A stretch of DNA of 64,000 nt from positions 152,589 to 216,588 of the forward strand of contig PLCF01000085.1 in NCBI GenBank assembly GCA_003135555.1, given 5' to 3'. The DNA is from Vulcanimicrobiota bacterium. GTDB lineage: Bacteria > Vulcanimicrobiota > Vulcanimicrobiia > Vulcanimicrobiales > Vulcanimicrobiaceae. This document shows, piece after piece, positions 38,035-47,795 of this stretch. Position 1 is the first letter of the stretch. The number at the start of each line of letters is the position of its first letter. Below the pieces are notes generated by a model that made no database searches, was not told where the DNA came from, and saw only the letters and a list, made by a program, of their open reading frames with translations. A program made the translations under genes and the position numbers.

Positions 38035-38772
38035 GTGAAGGGCATCATACTCGCAGGGGGGCTCGGCACCAGGCTCCGTCCCTTGACGAAGGTCACCAAC
38101 AAGCATCTGCTGCCGATCTACGACCGGCCGATGATCTACTATCCGCTGCAGACGCTGTGCGACGCCGGGATCAGCGAGATCATGATCGTCACCGGCGGCA
38201 ACAGTGCCGGCGACTTCCTCAAGCTGCTCGGCAACGGGCGCGAGTTCGGGCTGCCGCACATCGCGTACACCTATCAAGAGGGCGAAGGCGGGATAGCCGA
38301 CGCGCTGCGGCTGTGCGAGCATTTCGCCGCCGGCGATCCGGTGGTGGTGATTCTGGGCGACAACATCATCCAGAACAGCATCGCCCCGTTCGTGCGGCGG
38401 TTCGAGAAGCAGGGCTCGGGTTGCCGCTTGCTGCTCAAGGAGGTCGAGGACCCGCAGCGCTTCGGCGTCGCCGAGCTCGACGGCGAACGGATCGTCGCGA
38501 TCGAGGAGAAGCCCAAGGTTCCCAAGAGCAACTTCGCGGTCACCGGGATCTACATGTACGACAACCGCGTGTTCGACCACGCGCGCGACCTCAAGCCGTC
38601 CGCACGCGGCGAGCTGGAGATCACCGACGTCAACAACGCCTACATCCAGGCCGGCGACTGCTGCTACGACGTGCTCGACGGCTGGTGGACCGACGCCGGC
38701 CAATTCGAGTCGCTGTACCGGGCGACGCAGCTCGTCGCCGAGGAGCGCGTGAAGAAGCTCGCGCCGGCGTGA
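38035..38772 (+). CDS. rfbA: Glucose-1-phosphate thymidylyltransferase (short form)
   Basis: 'KGIILAGGLGTRLRPLT...KHLLPIYDRPMIYYPL', 'LGDN', 'EEKP', 'PSARGELEITD'. Confidence 0.9.
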   Translation: MKGIILAGGLGTRLRPLTKVTNKHLLPIYDRPMIYYPLQTLCDAGISEIMIVTGGNSAGDFLKLLGNGREFGLPHIAYTYQEGEGGIADALRLCEHFAAGDPVVVILGDNIIQNSIAPFVRRFEKQGSGCRLLLKEVEDPQRFGVAELDGERIVAIEEKPKVPKSNFAVTGIYMYDNRVFDHARDLKPSARGELEITDVNNAYIQAGDCCYDVLDGWWTDAGQFESLYRATQLVAEERVKKLAPA

Positions 38773-39656
38773 GCGCCGGCCGCATCGCGATCGTCGGCGC
38801 GTCGGGCCAGCTCGGGTCCGCGCTCGTCGCCGCGTTCGCCGGACGCGACCTCGTCACGCCGCGCCACGCCGAGGTTCCGTTCGACGATTCGAGCGCGGTG
38901 TGTAAGCTGCTCGACAAGGCGCATCCCGAAGTCTTGATCAACTGCTCGGCGTTCCACAACGTCGACACCTGCGAGCGCGAGCCCGAGCGTGCGTTCGCGG
39001 TCAACGCGCTGGCCGTCGACGGCGCTGCCGAGGCCTGCGCCGCGCGCGGGATCGCCTTCGCCACCATCAGCACCGACTACGTTTTCGAGGGTACGTCGAG
39101 CCGCCCGTATCGTGAGGACGATGCCGTCGCTCCGCGCACCGCCTACGGTGCCTCCAAGGCCGCCGGAGAGTTTCTGACCCGCCGTCACGGCCCGCGGCAT
39201 TGGATCGTGCGCACCAGCGGCGTCTTCGGGACGATCGGTACCTCGAACAAGGGCTACACGCTCATCGAGAAGGTGTTGCGCCAAGCCGAGCGCGGCGAGC
39301 CGACGCGGATGGTCTCGGACATGATCTTTTCGCCCTCGTACGCGCCGCACGTCGCCCGCGCCATCCGCGATCTCATCGATGCCGCAGCGTTCGGAACGCA
39401 CCACGTCGTCAACGTCGGGGCGTGCAGCTGGTACGAGTTCGTGCGGACCGCGTTCGTCAAGGCCGGGTTGCCCGACGCGCCGCTCGAGCCGACCACCTAC
39501 GCCTCGATGGGAAATCCGACGCTGCGGCCGATGTCCTCGGCGCTGGAGAACACGACCTTCGCGCGGGCCGAGATCGCGCCGCTGCCCGCGTGGGAGTCCG
39601 CGCTCGACGAGTTCCTCGCCGCGCGCGCCGCTCGACTCGCCGCGGCGCGCGCTTAG
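38769..39656 (+). CDS. rfbD: dTDP-4-dehydrorhamnose reductase
   Basis: 'GASGQLG', 'ISTDYVF', 'YGASK', 'VRTS', 'SWYEF', 'RP..SAL'. Confidence 0.9.
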   Translation: MSAGRIAIVGASGQLGSALVAAFAGRDLVTPRHAEVPFDDSSAVCKLLDKAHPEVLINCSAFHNVDTCEREPERAFAVNALAVDGAAEACAARGIAFATISTDYVFEGTSSRPYREDDAVAPRTAYGASKAAGEFLTRRHGPRHWIVRTSGVFGTIGTSNKGYTLIEKVLRQAERGEPTRMVSDMIFSPSYAPHVARAIRDLIDAAAFGTHHVVNVGACSWYEFVRTAFVKAGLPDAPLEPTTYASMGNPTLRPMSSALENTTFARAEIAPLPAWESALDEFLAARAARLAAARA

Positions 39657-40489
39657 AGCTCGTCGACCGCGCGAGCGACCTGCTCGACGCTGATGAATGC
39701 GGCCGCCTCGTTGAGGTGGAACATGTCGTGCGCGAACTCGTCGCGCAGTCCGCCGCCGCGCTCGGTCGCGTCCCACGTGTCGATAAAGACGTTCCCGGTC
39801 TGAGCGCAGACCTCGGCCAGCAGCCCGTTGAGTATCCGGATGCTGCCGCTGCGGACGTGCAGCGATGCCTGCACGGAGAAATGCGCCGCGATCGTATCAC
39901 CCTCGAGCGGCGGCGGCATGATCGACTGCACGAACACGCGCTCGAGCCCCCATGACTTGAGCGTCGCCAGGCCGCGGGTGAAGGCGACCAGGCTGCGCCG
40001 TGCGAGCGCGGCGAACTCGTCGAGCGCCGGCTGCGGATCCGCGGCGCTGAGCCGATCCGGACCGATTTCGAGCCAGAACTGCGGTACGTCGAGCGCCCCG
40101 CACAGCAGGACGACGATCGGCGCGGTGCGCGGCCGGCCTTCGATCGTCGCGACGACGCGCCAGTGCAGGTCGGGCGATAGGTTGTAGGCGCTCAGCGTTC
40201 CGTCTGCGCCCTCCACGACGATGTTTTCGCTCAGCAGCGCTCGCATGACCGCCGGGTTGAGCGCGCCGTCCGCGCCGCTGAAGTCGGCGATGCGCAGCCC
40301 GGGACAGTACGCGGTGCGCGCGACGTAGTGCCGGGTTCGCCGTCCTTCGTACCGGTAGACCCGATCGCGGAAGATCAGCGCCGAGCTGTCGCCGATGAAG
40401 TAGATCGGCGTCGCGCGCGCGACGGTCGTGAGCGCGGCGTCGCGGTCCGGCCATGCGTGCTCGTCGGGCCGGTGGTCTTGGGCGCTCAT
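39653..40489 (-). CDS. SGNH/GDSL-like hydrolase-fold protein
   Basis: 'FIGDS' near the N-terminus and 'DMFHLN' (DxxH) near the C-terminus. Confidence 0.6.
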   Translation of the reverse strand: MSAQDHRPDEHAWPDRDAALTTVARATPIYFIGDSSALIFRDRVYRYEGRRTRHYVARTAYCPGLRIADFSGADGALNPAVMRALLSENIVVEGADGTLSAYNLSPDLHWRVVATIEGRPRTAPIVVLLCGALDVPQFWLEIGPDRLSAADPQPALDEFAALARRSLVAFTRGLATLKSWGLERVFVQSIMPPPLEGDTIAAHFSVQASLHVRSGSIRILNGLLAEVCAQTGNVFIDTWDATERGGGLRDEFAHDMFHLNEAAAFISVEQVARAVDEL

Positions 40490-40576
40490 ACACGACGAGT
40501 GACGGCACGCGGCGCTCGATTCCTGCGGATACAGGTCACGGCGGAACCCGCGGCCGGCACGCGGAACAACGCCGCG

Positions 40577-41608
40577 ATGAACGTGCTGGTCACCGGCGGC
40601 GGGGGATACATCGGCCTCGAGTTGTCCCGTCAGCTCCTCGAACGCGGCGACACGGTGCGCGTCGTCGATCGCTTTTTCTTCGGAGACGCACCCTTGGCGC
40701 GGCTGGCCGAACAGAGCGGCACAGCGTTGACGTACGTTGCCGGCGACGTGCGCGAGCTCGATCCAGGCTGGCTCGAGGGCGTCGACGCCGTGTCCCACCT
40801 CGCCGGCCTGTCGAACGATCCGACCGCCGAGTACAACCCCGACGCCAACTGGCAAATGAATGCCATCGCGACGGAGCGCCTGGCCGAGGCGTGCAAGGCG
40901 CGCGGGATCGCGCGCTTCGTCTTCGGCTCGTCCGCGTCGCTCTACGACGGTATCGGTCCGGGGATGTTCGACGAGCGGACGGCAGTGCAGCCGCGCGGAG
41001 CCTACTCGTTGTCCAAGAAATACGCCGAGGACGCGCTGCTGCGCTTGGGCGACGCGCGTTTCGCGCCGGTGGTGCTGCGGCAAGGCACCGTGTACGGCTG
41101 GTCGCCGCGGATGCGCTTCGACCTCGTCGTCAACACGTTCCTCAAGGATGCGGCGACGGTCGGGAAGCTGTACCTCCACGGCGGCGGGTGGCAGTGGCGC
41201 CCGCTGGTGGACGTCGGTGACGTCGCCCGCGCGCACATCGCGTGCTTACATGCGTCCGCCGACCTCGTGGGCGGCGAGATCTTCAACGTGATGCAGGAGA
41301 ACTACCAGGTGCGCCAGCTGGCGATGCTGGTCGCCGGATCGCTGTCGCTGCGCGGCCGGGTGGTGACGCTCGAGGAAGCGCCGCTGCCCAAGCTCGTGCG
41401 CGACTACCGGATGTCGAACCTCAAGCTGACGCAGCGACTTGGTTTCACGCCCGCGGTAACGGTCCTCGAGTCGATCGACCTGATGCTGCAAAGCCTTCCG
41501 CTCGACGACGTCGCCTGGCTCGCGAACCCGCGCTGGTACAACATCGCCTGGATGAGCTTGCTCGAAGAAGTTCACGCCTCGCAGCGCCCCTTCGCGTCGA
41601 TTTACTGA
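40577..41608 (+). CDS. NAD-dependent epimerase/dehydratase
   Basis: 'VTGGGGYIG', 'HLAGLSNDP', 'YSLSK', 'LRQGTVYGWSPRMRFDLVVN'. Confidence 0.85.
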   Translation: MNVLVTGGGGYIGLELSRQLLERGDTVRVVDRFFFGDAPLARLAEQSGTALTYVAGDVRELDPGWLEGVDAVSHLAGLSNDPTAEYNPDANWQMNAIATERLAEACKARGIARFVFGSSASLYDGIGPGMFDERTAVQPRGAYSLSKKYAEDALLRLGDARFAPVVLRQGTVYGWSPRMRFDLVVNTFLKDAATVGKLYLHGGGWQWRPLVDVGDVARAHIACLHASADLVGGEIFNVMQENYQVRQLAMLVAGSLSLRGRVVTLEEAPLPKLVRDYRMSNLKLTQRLGFTPAVTVLESIDLMLQSLPLDDVAWLANPRWYNIAWMSLLEEVHASQRPFASIY

Positions 41609-41681
41609 GCGCTCGGCAGCCGGCATGGGTTCACTAGGTGGCGCGGGGCGAAAGGATAGGGTTCCGTCACACCTTGCGGTC

Positions 41682-42401
41682 ATGACCGAAAGCCGATCAC
41701 CGATCGGCGCGTCGCTGGCGCGGCAGGTCTTGCTGACGGTTACACCCTGGCTGGCCGGGCGCCCGTTCGATCAGCTCGCCGTTCTCGACATTGGATGCGG
41801 CTTCGGGGCCACGGCGATCGCGCTGTCGCAATCGTGCCGACACGTCGTCGGGTTGGAGCCCATGGCCGGAATGGCCGAGGCGGCTCGCAACGCGGCCACG
41901 AGCTGCGCAAACGTCGACATCGTTCATGCCGACATCCTGAACTGGAACAGCGACGCGCGTTTCGATCTTGTGGTGCTCGACAACGTCTACGAACACGTCC
42001 ACGATCATCAGATGCTACTGACACAAGTCGTGAGGTTCTTGAAACCCAGCGGAGTGTTCTATATCGTCGTCCCGAACAAGCTATGGCCGATCGAAGTGCA
42101 CTACGGGCTTCCGTTCCTGAGCTACCTGCCGCTACGCTTCGCAAACCTCTACCTGAGGGCCGCCCACCGCGGCGAGGACTACACCTGGGCCAGCTTCGCA
42201 CCGACTTATTGGTCGATCCATCGCGATTTGCGCGCCTTTCCGCAATTGGAATACGCATTTACTCTTCCCGCCGACCTTTCGCTGACGGAGAGCGGCGCGT
42301 CGCCGATCTATCGCTTCGGCGCGTGGCTGATCGCCAAGAACGCGAAGTTCTGGGCGCTCTCCAAAGCATTCGTGGTCATCGGTAGGCGGCGGGAACTGTA
42401 A
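41682..42401 (+). CDS. Class I SAM-dependent methyltransferase
   Basis: 'VLDIGCGFG', 'NVYEHV', 'VPNKLWPIEVHY.LPF'. Confidence 0.8.
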   Translation: MTESRSPIGASLARQVLLTVTPWLAGRPFDQLAVLDIGCGFGATAIALSQSCRHVVGLEPMAGMAEAARNAATSCANVDIVHADILNWNSDARFDLVVLDNVYEHVHDHQMLLTQVVRFLKPSGVFYIVVPNKLWPIEVHYGLPFLSYLPLRFANLYLRAAHRGEDYTWASFAPTYWSIHRDLRAFPQLEYAFTLPADLSLTESGASPIYRFGAWLIAKNAKFWALSKAFVVIGRRREL

Positions 42402-42402
42402 C

Positions 42403-43218
42403 GTGGATTTGCAGCGCTCCCCGCTACTGACCGTGCTGATGCGCGTCTACAATGCCGAAGACCACGTCCACGAAGCCATCCGATCGGTACTCTTGCAAGG
42501 GTTCGTTGACTTCGAACTGCTGATCGTGGAGGGCGCGTCCTCTGACAGGTCGGGCGAGATCGTACGCTCCTTCAGCGATTACCGAATCCGCATCGTGCCG
42601 CAGACCGGGCTAGGGAAGAACGACGCATTGGCGTGCGGGCTCGCCGCCGCACGAGGGCTGTATCTGGCGATCCAAGACGCCGACGACCTCAGCCTGCCCA
42701 ACAGATTCGCGCGTCAGGTGTCTGCCCTTAACGGCGATGCCGATATGGTCATCGTCGGAAGCTGGGTATCCATCATCGAAAAGCGCGGGGCCGAAATCGG
42801 CGTGCGCACATACCCACTCGACGACGCAGCGATCCGCCGCGCTATGGCGTTGTACAATCCGTTCGCGCACTCGGCAGTGATGTTCCGACTGGCTCCTGCT
42901 CGCGCTTGCGGCGGCTACACCGACACGCAGGTCCTCGAGGACTACGACTTCTATCCGCGCCTGCTCGCATACGGAACGTGCGCGAACCTACCCGAGGTGC
43001 TGACGGCATACCGGTTGCACACCTACGCGACGGCACAGCACGTAAAGTTCATCCTCAAGGCGACGCTCGATACCAAGTGGAAGATGCACACCGTTTACGG
43101 CTATCGCTGGACCTTTCGAAGCGTTGCGGTATTCTGCTCGCAGTGGCTCATGCAGCTGCTGCCATCCCGTGTCGTCAACGTGCTCTTCCGCATCATTTTC
43201 ATCAAACGCCGAAGGTAA
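42403..43218 (+). CDS. GT2 glycosyltransferase
   Basis: 'VLMRVYNAE', 'IQDADD', 'PNRF..Q', 'AHSAVMFR', 'EDYDF'. Confidence 0.85.
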   Translation: MDLQRSPLLTVLMRVYNAEDHVHEAIRSVLLQGFVDFELLIVEGASSDRSGEIVRSFSDYRIRIVPQTGLGKNDALACGLAAARGLYLAIQDADDLSLPNRFARQVSALNGDADMVIVGSWVSIIEKRGAEIGVRTYPLDDAAIRRAMALYNPFAHSAVMFRLAPARACGGYTDTQVLEDYDFYPRLLAYGTCANLPEVLTAYRLHTYATAQHVKFILKATLDTKWKMHTVYGYRWTFRSVAVFCSQWLMQLLPSRVVNVLFRIIFIKRRR

Positions 43219-43270
43219 GATCGAAGCGGGCTCGCGGGGAAACGTGCGACTCCCTGCGAATGCGCTGAAC

Positions 43271-44209
43271 GTGCGTTGCGTCGTAACGGGATGCGCTGGG
43301 TTCGTCGGAAGCACGCTAACCGACCGCCTCTTGCGCGATGGGCATTCAGTGGTCGGAATCGATAATATGTCGACTGGGCGCGAATCGTTTCTGATTTCCG
43401 CCCTGTCGTTGCCGGAGTTCACGTTTCGGCGTGCCGATGTCGTCGATCGCGCGTCGATCGAGCCGCTCTTTGTGGGCGCGGAGATCGTCTTCCATCTCGC
43501 TGCCAACGCCGACGTGCGCTTCGGTACGGACCATCCCACGAGGGACTTCGAGCAAAACGCGGTCGCGACGTTGAACGTTCTCGAAGCCATGCGAGCCAAC
43601 GGCGTCCCCAAGATCGCGTTCGCCTCGACGGGCTCGGTCTACGGTGAAGCCAGCCAGATCCCGACTCCCGAAAATGCTCTGATGCCGATCCAGACCTCGC
43701 TGTACGGGGCGTCGAAAGTCGCGGCGGAGGCTTTCATCGAGGCGTACTGTGAAGGATTCGGGATGCAAGCCTGGATCTTTCGATTCGTTTCGCTGCTTGG
43801 GGAGCGCTACACGCATGGCCACGTCGTCGACTTCGTGCGGCAGCTCCGCGAGCATCCCGAACGTCTCCATGTTCTCGGCGACGGATTGCAACGAAAATCA
43901 TACCTGTATGTCGGCGACTGCATCGACGCGATCGTAGTCGCTCTCGAGCGCGCAACAGCAAAGGTGAACGTGCTGAACTTAGGCGCGGATCAGTACTGCA
44001 CCGTTAACGACTCGATCGGCTGGATCTGCGAGCGCATGGGTGTCGACCCGGCCCGCACGTATTCGGGCGGCAAACGCGGGTGGATCGGCGACAATCCGTT
44101 CATCTTTCTCGATTGCGCGTCGATGCGCGCGCTAGGTTGGCGGCCAACGCGGTCGATTCAGGCAGCGGTGCATGGCACGGTCGACTACCTACTTGCGAAC
44201 GAGCAATGA
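43271..44209 (+). CDS. NAD-dependent epimerase (GalE-like extended SDR)
   Basis: 'VTGCAGFVGS', 'HLAANADVRFG', 'STGSVYGE', 'YGASK', 'LGDGLQRKSY'. Confidence 0.85.
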   Translation: MRCVVTGCAGFVGSTLTDRLLRDGHSVVGIDNMSTGRESFLISALSLPEFTFRRADVVDRASIEPLFVGAEIVFHLAANADVRFGTDHPTRDFEQNAVATLNVLEAMRANGVPKIAFASTGSVYGEASQIPTPENALMPIQTSLYGASKVAAEAFIEAYCEGFGMQAWIFRFVSLLGERYTHGHVVDFVRQLREHPERLHVLGDGLQRKSYLYVGDCIDAIVVALERATAKVNVLNLGADQYCTVNDSIGWICERMGVDPARTYSGGKRGWIGDNPFIFLDCASMRALGWRPTRSIQAAVHGTVDYLLANEQ

Positions 44210-44219
44210 GGGGGTGGCT

Positions 44220-44963
44220 TCACAGCGAGAAGCCGGCCGCTTTCGCATCGTCGTGGAACATCCGCACGGTTTCGAGTGAATAGGCATCCAAGTCTTTGCC
44301 GACGTTGGAAAGCTTCTTGAGGATGTCGTTCGTCGCCGTGATGATGTGGCACCCCACGGTGTCGGCCTGAAACACGTTGAGAAGCTCTCTGGGGCTGGCC
44401 CAGATCAACTCAGCTTTCGGGCGGCTTGCCATCGCGGCGAGCGACCGCCGCACGTACGGAACCGGATCGCGCCCGGTGTCCGCGATGCGGCCGGCAAAGA
44501 GCGAGACGTACGCCGGCACGTCGGCTGCGAGTGCGGCAGTCACCTCGGAAACCTGCTCGACCGTCATGAGAGCCGTGACGTTCAACTTGATTCCAGCGGC
44601 CGAAAGGCGGCGCACGATCGGCGTCGCAGACGCACCTTTCGTATTCGTTACCGGGACCTTCACGTAGACGTTCTCACCCCATGACGCGATACGCGCGGCC
44701 TGGTGCTCCATCTCGTCGAAGTCGTCGGAGAACACCTCGAACGAAATCGGGCGGTCGGCGATCTTCTCGAGCACGCCGCGCGCGAAGGTTTCGTAGTCGG
44801 CGATCCCGGCTTTGCGCATGAGCGTGGGGTTCGTAGTGAACCCGGCAATGTAGGGCAGGGCGGCCATATCCAGCATGCCGGCCAGGTCCGCACCGTCGGC
44901 GAATAACTTTACCGACAGGGCCGCCACTGACGGCGCTGCAGTCAACTCATCGGGTGCTATCAT
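44220..44963 (-). CDS. Small (TalC/FSA-type) transaldolase
   Basis: 'KLFADGA', 'GFTTNPTLM', Schiff-base lysine in 'VYVKVP', 'NVTA', 'SLFAGRIADTG', 'WASPRE'. Confidence 0.9.
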   Translation of the reverse strand: MIAPDELTAAPSVAALSVKLFADGADLAGMLDMAALPYIAGFTTNPTLMRKAGIADYETFARGVLEKIADRPISFEVFSDDFDEMEHQAARIASWGENVYVKVPVTNTKGASATPIVRRLSAAGIKLNVTALMTVEQVSEVTAALAADVPAYVSLFAGRIADTGRDPVPYVRRSLAAMASRPKAELIWASPRELLNVFQADTVGCHIITATNDILKKLSNVGKDLDAYSLETVRMFHDDAKAAGFSL

Positions 44964-45507
44964 CGCAGATCCATCTCCAAGCCTCAGTGAGCGAGGCGAC
45001 GCCAGCGTCGTGGCCGACCGGGCTGCATTCGGCGTAGGAGCGTTCGATCCACACGGTCCGGCACCTCGCGCGCCGACCGGCTTCGATGTCGCTCCACCGG
45101 TCGCCGACCATGTACGACGCGTCGAGGTCGAGACCCAATTCGCGCGCCGCCCTGAGCAGCATGCCCGGCTTCGGTTTGCGGCACGCGCAGCCGTCTTGGT
45201 TGTCGTGAACGCACGTGTAGACGGCGTCAACGCCCACCGCGGCGCGGAGGCGTTCGTTGATCGCGTCGACGGCCGCGGCGGTCGTCGTGCCGCGGGCTAC
45301 GTCCGGCTGATTCGTGACGACGACGACCATAAACCCGCGGGCGCGCAAATCGGCGACGACGCGTGCCGCATCGGAATCGATCGCGAGCTCCTCGGGCACG
45401 GTGGGCGGGTACGGTTTGCCGTCGCGCACGACCGCGGCGTTCAGTACGCCGTCGCGATCGAAGAAGACCGCCGGCTTCAGCGCGGCGTCGTCGCGACCGA
45501 CTCCCAT
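44947..45507 (-). CDS. gmhB: HAD sugar-bisphosphate phosphatase (GmhB family)
   Basis: 'FFDRDGVLN', 'VTNQPD', 'CACRKPKPGML', 'MVGDRWSDI'. Confidence 0.9.
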   Translation of the reverse strand: MGVGRDDAALKPAVFFDRDGVLNAAVVRDGKPYPPTVPEELAIDSDAARVVADLRARGFMVVVVTNQPDVARGTTTAAAVDAINERLRAAVGVDAVYTCVHDNQDGCACRKPKPGMLLRAARELGLDLDASYMVGDRWSDIEAGRRARCRTVWIERSYAECSPVGHDAGVASLTEAWRWICDDSTR

Positions 45508-46112
45508 TTCGTCGCGGCGGCCTTTAACAAGGGGTGCGTGACCAGCAGGTGCCAGACGACCGCTTGAAAAGCCTCAGCATGGGGCGTGACGTGCTCACCA
45601 TTGATGGTTGGAATGAGAACGCAGACATCCGCAACGGTCGCCGTGTAGCCGCCGTCACGGCCGACGATCCCCACGATCGTTGAGCCGACTTCGTGTGCGT
45701 ATTCGAGTGCGCGGACGAGGTTTGGGCTGACGTTACGCTCCAGGTCGCCGCCCCCGACCGAAAAAATGAGAATCGCATCGTCGGGCCGCAGGCGGCTCAC
45801 GCGCAGCCACTCCACGAAGACGGTGGCCCAGCCCTCGTCATTCGTGCGCGCCGTCAGTTCGGAGACGTTGTCGGTCGGAGCGTATGCCTCGAACCCAGCC
45901 AACTTGCGAAAATCATTCACGGCGTGCGATGCGTTACCGGCGCTCCCGCCGACACCGAGAATAAACAGGCGTCCGCCGCGCTCGCGAGCTGCGGCCAGCT
46001 TTACCGCCAGTGACTCGATCGCCGCCGCATCCAGCCCATCGATTACCTGGCGCGACTCGCGCAAGAACGACTCGCTGAAGCTCGTTGGTCGGGCGGAAGG
46101 GGCGGTAGTCAC
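45477..46112 (-). CDS. gmhA: SIS-domain phosphosugar isomerase (GmhA family)
   Basis: 'GVGGSAGNASH..ND', 'LTARTND.G', 'SPNLVRAL', 'EAFQ..VWH'. Confidence 0.85.
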   Translation of the reverse strand: MTTAPSARPTSFSESFLRESRQVIDGLDAAAIESLAVKLAAARERGGRLFILGVGGSAGNASHAVNDFRKLAGFEAYAPTDNVSELTARTNDEGWATVFVEWLRVSRLRPDDAILIFSVGGGDLERNVSPNLVRALEYAHEVGSTIVGIVGRDGGYTATVADVCVLIPTINGEHVTPHAEAFQAVVWHLLVTHPLLKAAATKWESVATTPR

Positions 46113-46810
46113 TTGTCGATCCTCATACGGCGTGCTGTTTCTTCAAGGCCTGTTGGCGAACCGATCTCAAAGGGCCGCGAGTCGACGACGTATGCCGTAA
46201 GCTCGTTATCGGCGATAAGACGCTGGTTCACGACCGTGAGATCGGCCGGCTGGCCCGGTGCCAGGGTCGCGAATGCATCGGCACTGAACGCGCTAAGGCC
46301 GGAGTCGACGTACTCGGCATCGGGCCAACGGACCTGCTTGTCATAGCGCGTCACCAGTCCGCCCGAGACCGACGCGTTTGGCGCGTCGGTTCCCGAACCT
46401 CGATAACGATAGACCGCCATGAGTCCGGCCCGCCCGGACGACTCGAAGGCGCGCACCACGTCCGAGTAGTCGACGGCATGGTACACATCTCCAAACGTTA
46501 CGAGGAAGCGGTCGCCCAACAGCGGCAAGGCAGCGCGAACAGCGCCCGCCGTGCCGAGCGGCACCTCGCCATCTGAGATGTACCTGACGTGGACTCCGAA
46601 CGCGGCGCCGTCGCCGGCATACTCTGCGATCATCTCACCAAGATAGCCGGTGAGCAGCACCACATCGCAGACGCCGCGCCGCCTGAGCGAGCGCAGCAGA
46701 GGGCCCAGAAACGGTTCGCCGTTGACGTCGATCAACGGCTTGGGGACCCGCAGCGTGTGCGGGCGCATGCGGATCCCAAGTCCTCCGCACAAGATTGCAA
46801 TCGGAAGCAC
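46109..46810 (-). CDS. hddC: Sugar-1-phosphate nucleotidyltransferase (HddC-like guanylyltransferase)
   Basis: 'ILCGGLG.RM.....PKPLI.V.GEPFL', 'PLGTAGA', 'FEIGSP.GL'; located in the hddA-gmhA-gmhB operon. Confidence 0.75.
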   Translation of the reverse strand: MLPIAILCGGLGIRMRPHTLRVPKPLIDVNGEPFLGPLLRSLRRRGVCDVVLLTGYLGEMIAEYAGDGAAFGVHVRYISDGEVPLGTAGAVRAALPLLGDRFLVTFGDVYHAVDYSDVVRAFESSGRAGLMAVYRYRGSGTDAPNASVSGGLVTRYDKQVRWPDAEYVDSGLSAFSADAFATLAPGQPADLTVVNQRLIADNELTAYVVDSRPFEIGSPTGLEETARRMRIDK

Positions 46811-46811
46811 G

Positions 46812-47795
46812 TCAGCTCATCGAAAGAACGGTCGTTCCCTGGGAATCGAAGTCGACCCGGACCTCGGGAAGTCCGGCTTCGCGCATCGCATGACGGAGCT
46901 GCGTCTTGTTCTCGGTGTAGAACAGAAGAAAGCCGCCGCCTCCGGCGCCGATCAGCTTGCCGCCGAGCGCTCCGTTCGCTCGCGCCAGCTGATACCAGCG
47001 GTCGATGCGCTCGTTCGTCATCCCCGCGGAGCGCACACGCTTGCGTTCCCAATGCTCGTGCATGATCCCGGCGAACATCCGCAGATCGCCGCCCTCGAGC
47101 GCAGCCAAGCTGCGCTGTCCGAGCTCCTTGACGTAGTGAAGGTCATCGATCATGCGGCGGTCCGTGTTCTTCGTGCGGTCGTCCTGATCTTTGAGGATCG
47201 CCGACGCCGAGCGCGTGTAGCCGGTGAAGAAGAGCATCATGCCGTCCTGCAGGTTATCGCGCGTTTCGGTGTCGATTCGAACGGCCTTGACGTTCACCGA
47301 TCCGTCGGGTGCGAAGTCCATCATGGTGATCCCGCCGTAGGCGGCGATGTACTGGTCCTGCTTGCCGATGGGCTCACCGAGCACGTCTATCTCGAGGTGA
47401 CAGGCCTCTTCAGCGAGCCGCGCCTTCGTGACGATCTCGTGGTTCATGGCGTGCAGTGCGCCGAGCAACGCCGTCGTAAAGCTGCCGGAGGAGCCCAGCC
47501 CCGTGCCCGCCGGGATGTCGGACATGCTAGCGATCTCCAGCGAGGTGACCGGCGTTCCCGTGAGACGCAGTGCTTCGCGAATGATCGGATGGGCGATCTC
47601 CTCGACCGCCGTGACACGTTCCATTCGGGAGTATTTAATGATGCACTCTTCTACGAACGTGCGGTGCAGCGTGATGTACACATACTTGTCGATCGCGGCG
47701 GCGACCAGAAATCCGCCGTGCTCGCGGTAGTACGACGGCAGGTCGGTGCCGCCGCCGCCGAGCGAGATGCGCAGCGGCGAACGAACGATGATCAT
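46812..47795 (-). CDS. hddA: GHMP sugar-phosphate kinase (HddA family)
   Basis: 'RSPLRISLGGGGTD', 'DIPAGTGLGSSG', 'GKQDQY', 'GGKLIGAGGGG'. Confidence 0.85.
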   Translation of the reverse strand: MIIVRSPLRISLGGGGTDLPSYYREHGGFLVAAAIDKYVYITLHRTFVEECIIKYSRMERVTAVEEIAHPIIREALRLTGTPVTSLEIASMSDIPAGTGLGSSGSFTTALLGALHAMNHEIVTKARLAEEACHLEIDVLGEPIGKQDQYIAAYGGITMMDFAPDGSVNVKAVRIDTETRDNLQDGMMLFFTGYTRSASAILKDQDDRTKNTDRRMIDDLHYVKELGQRSLAALEGGDLRMFAGIMHEHWERKRVRSAGMTNERIDRWYQLARANGALGGKLIGAGGGGFLLFYTENKTQLRHAMREAGLPEVRVDFDSQGTTVLSMS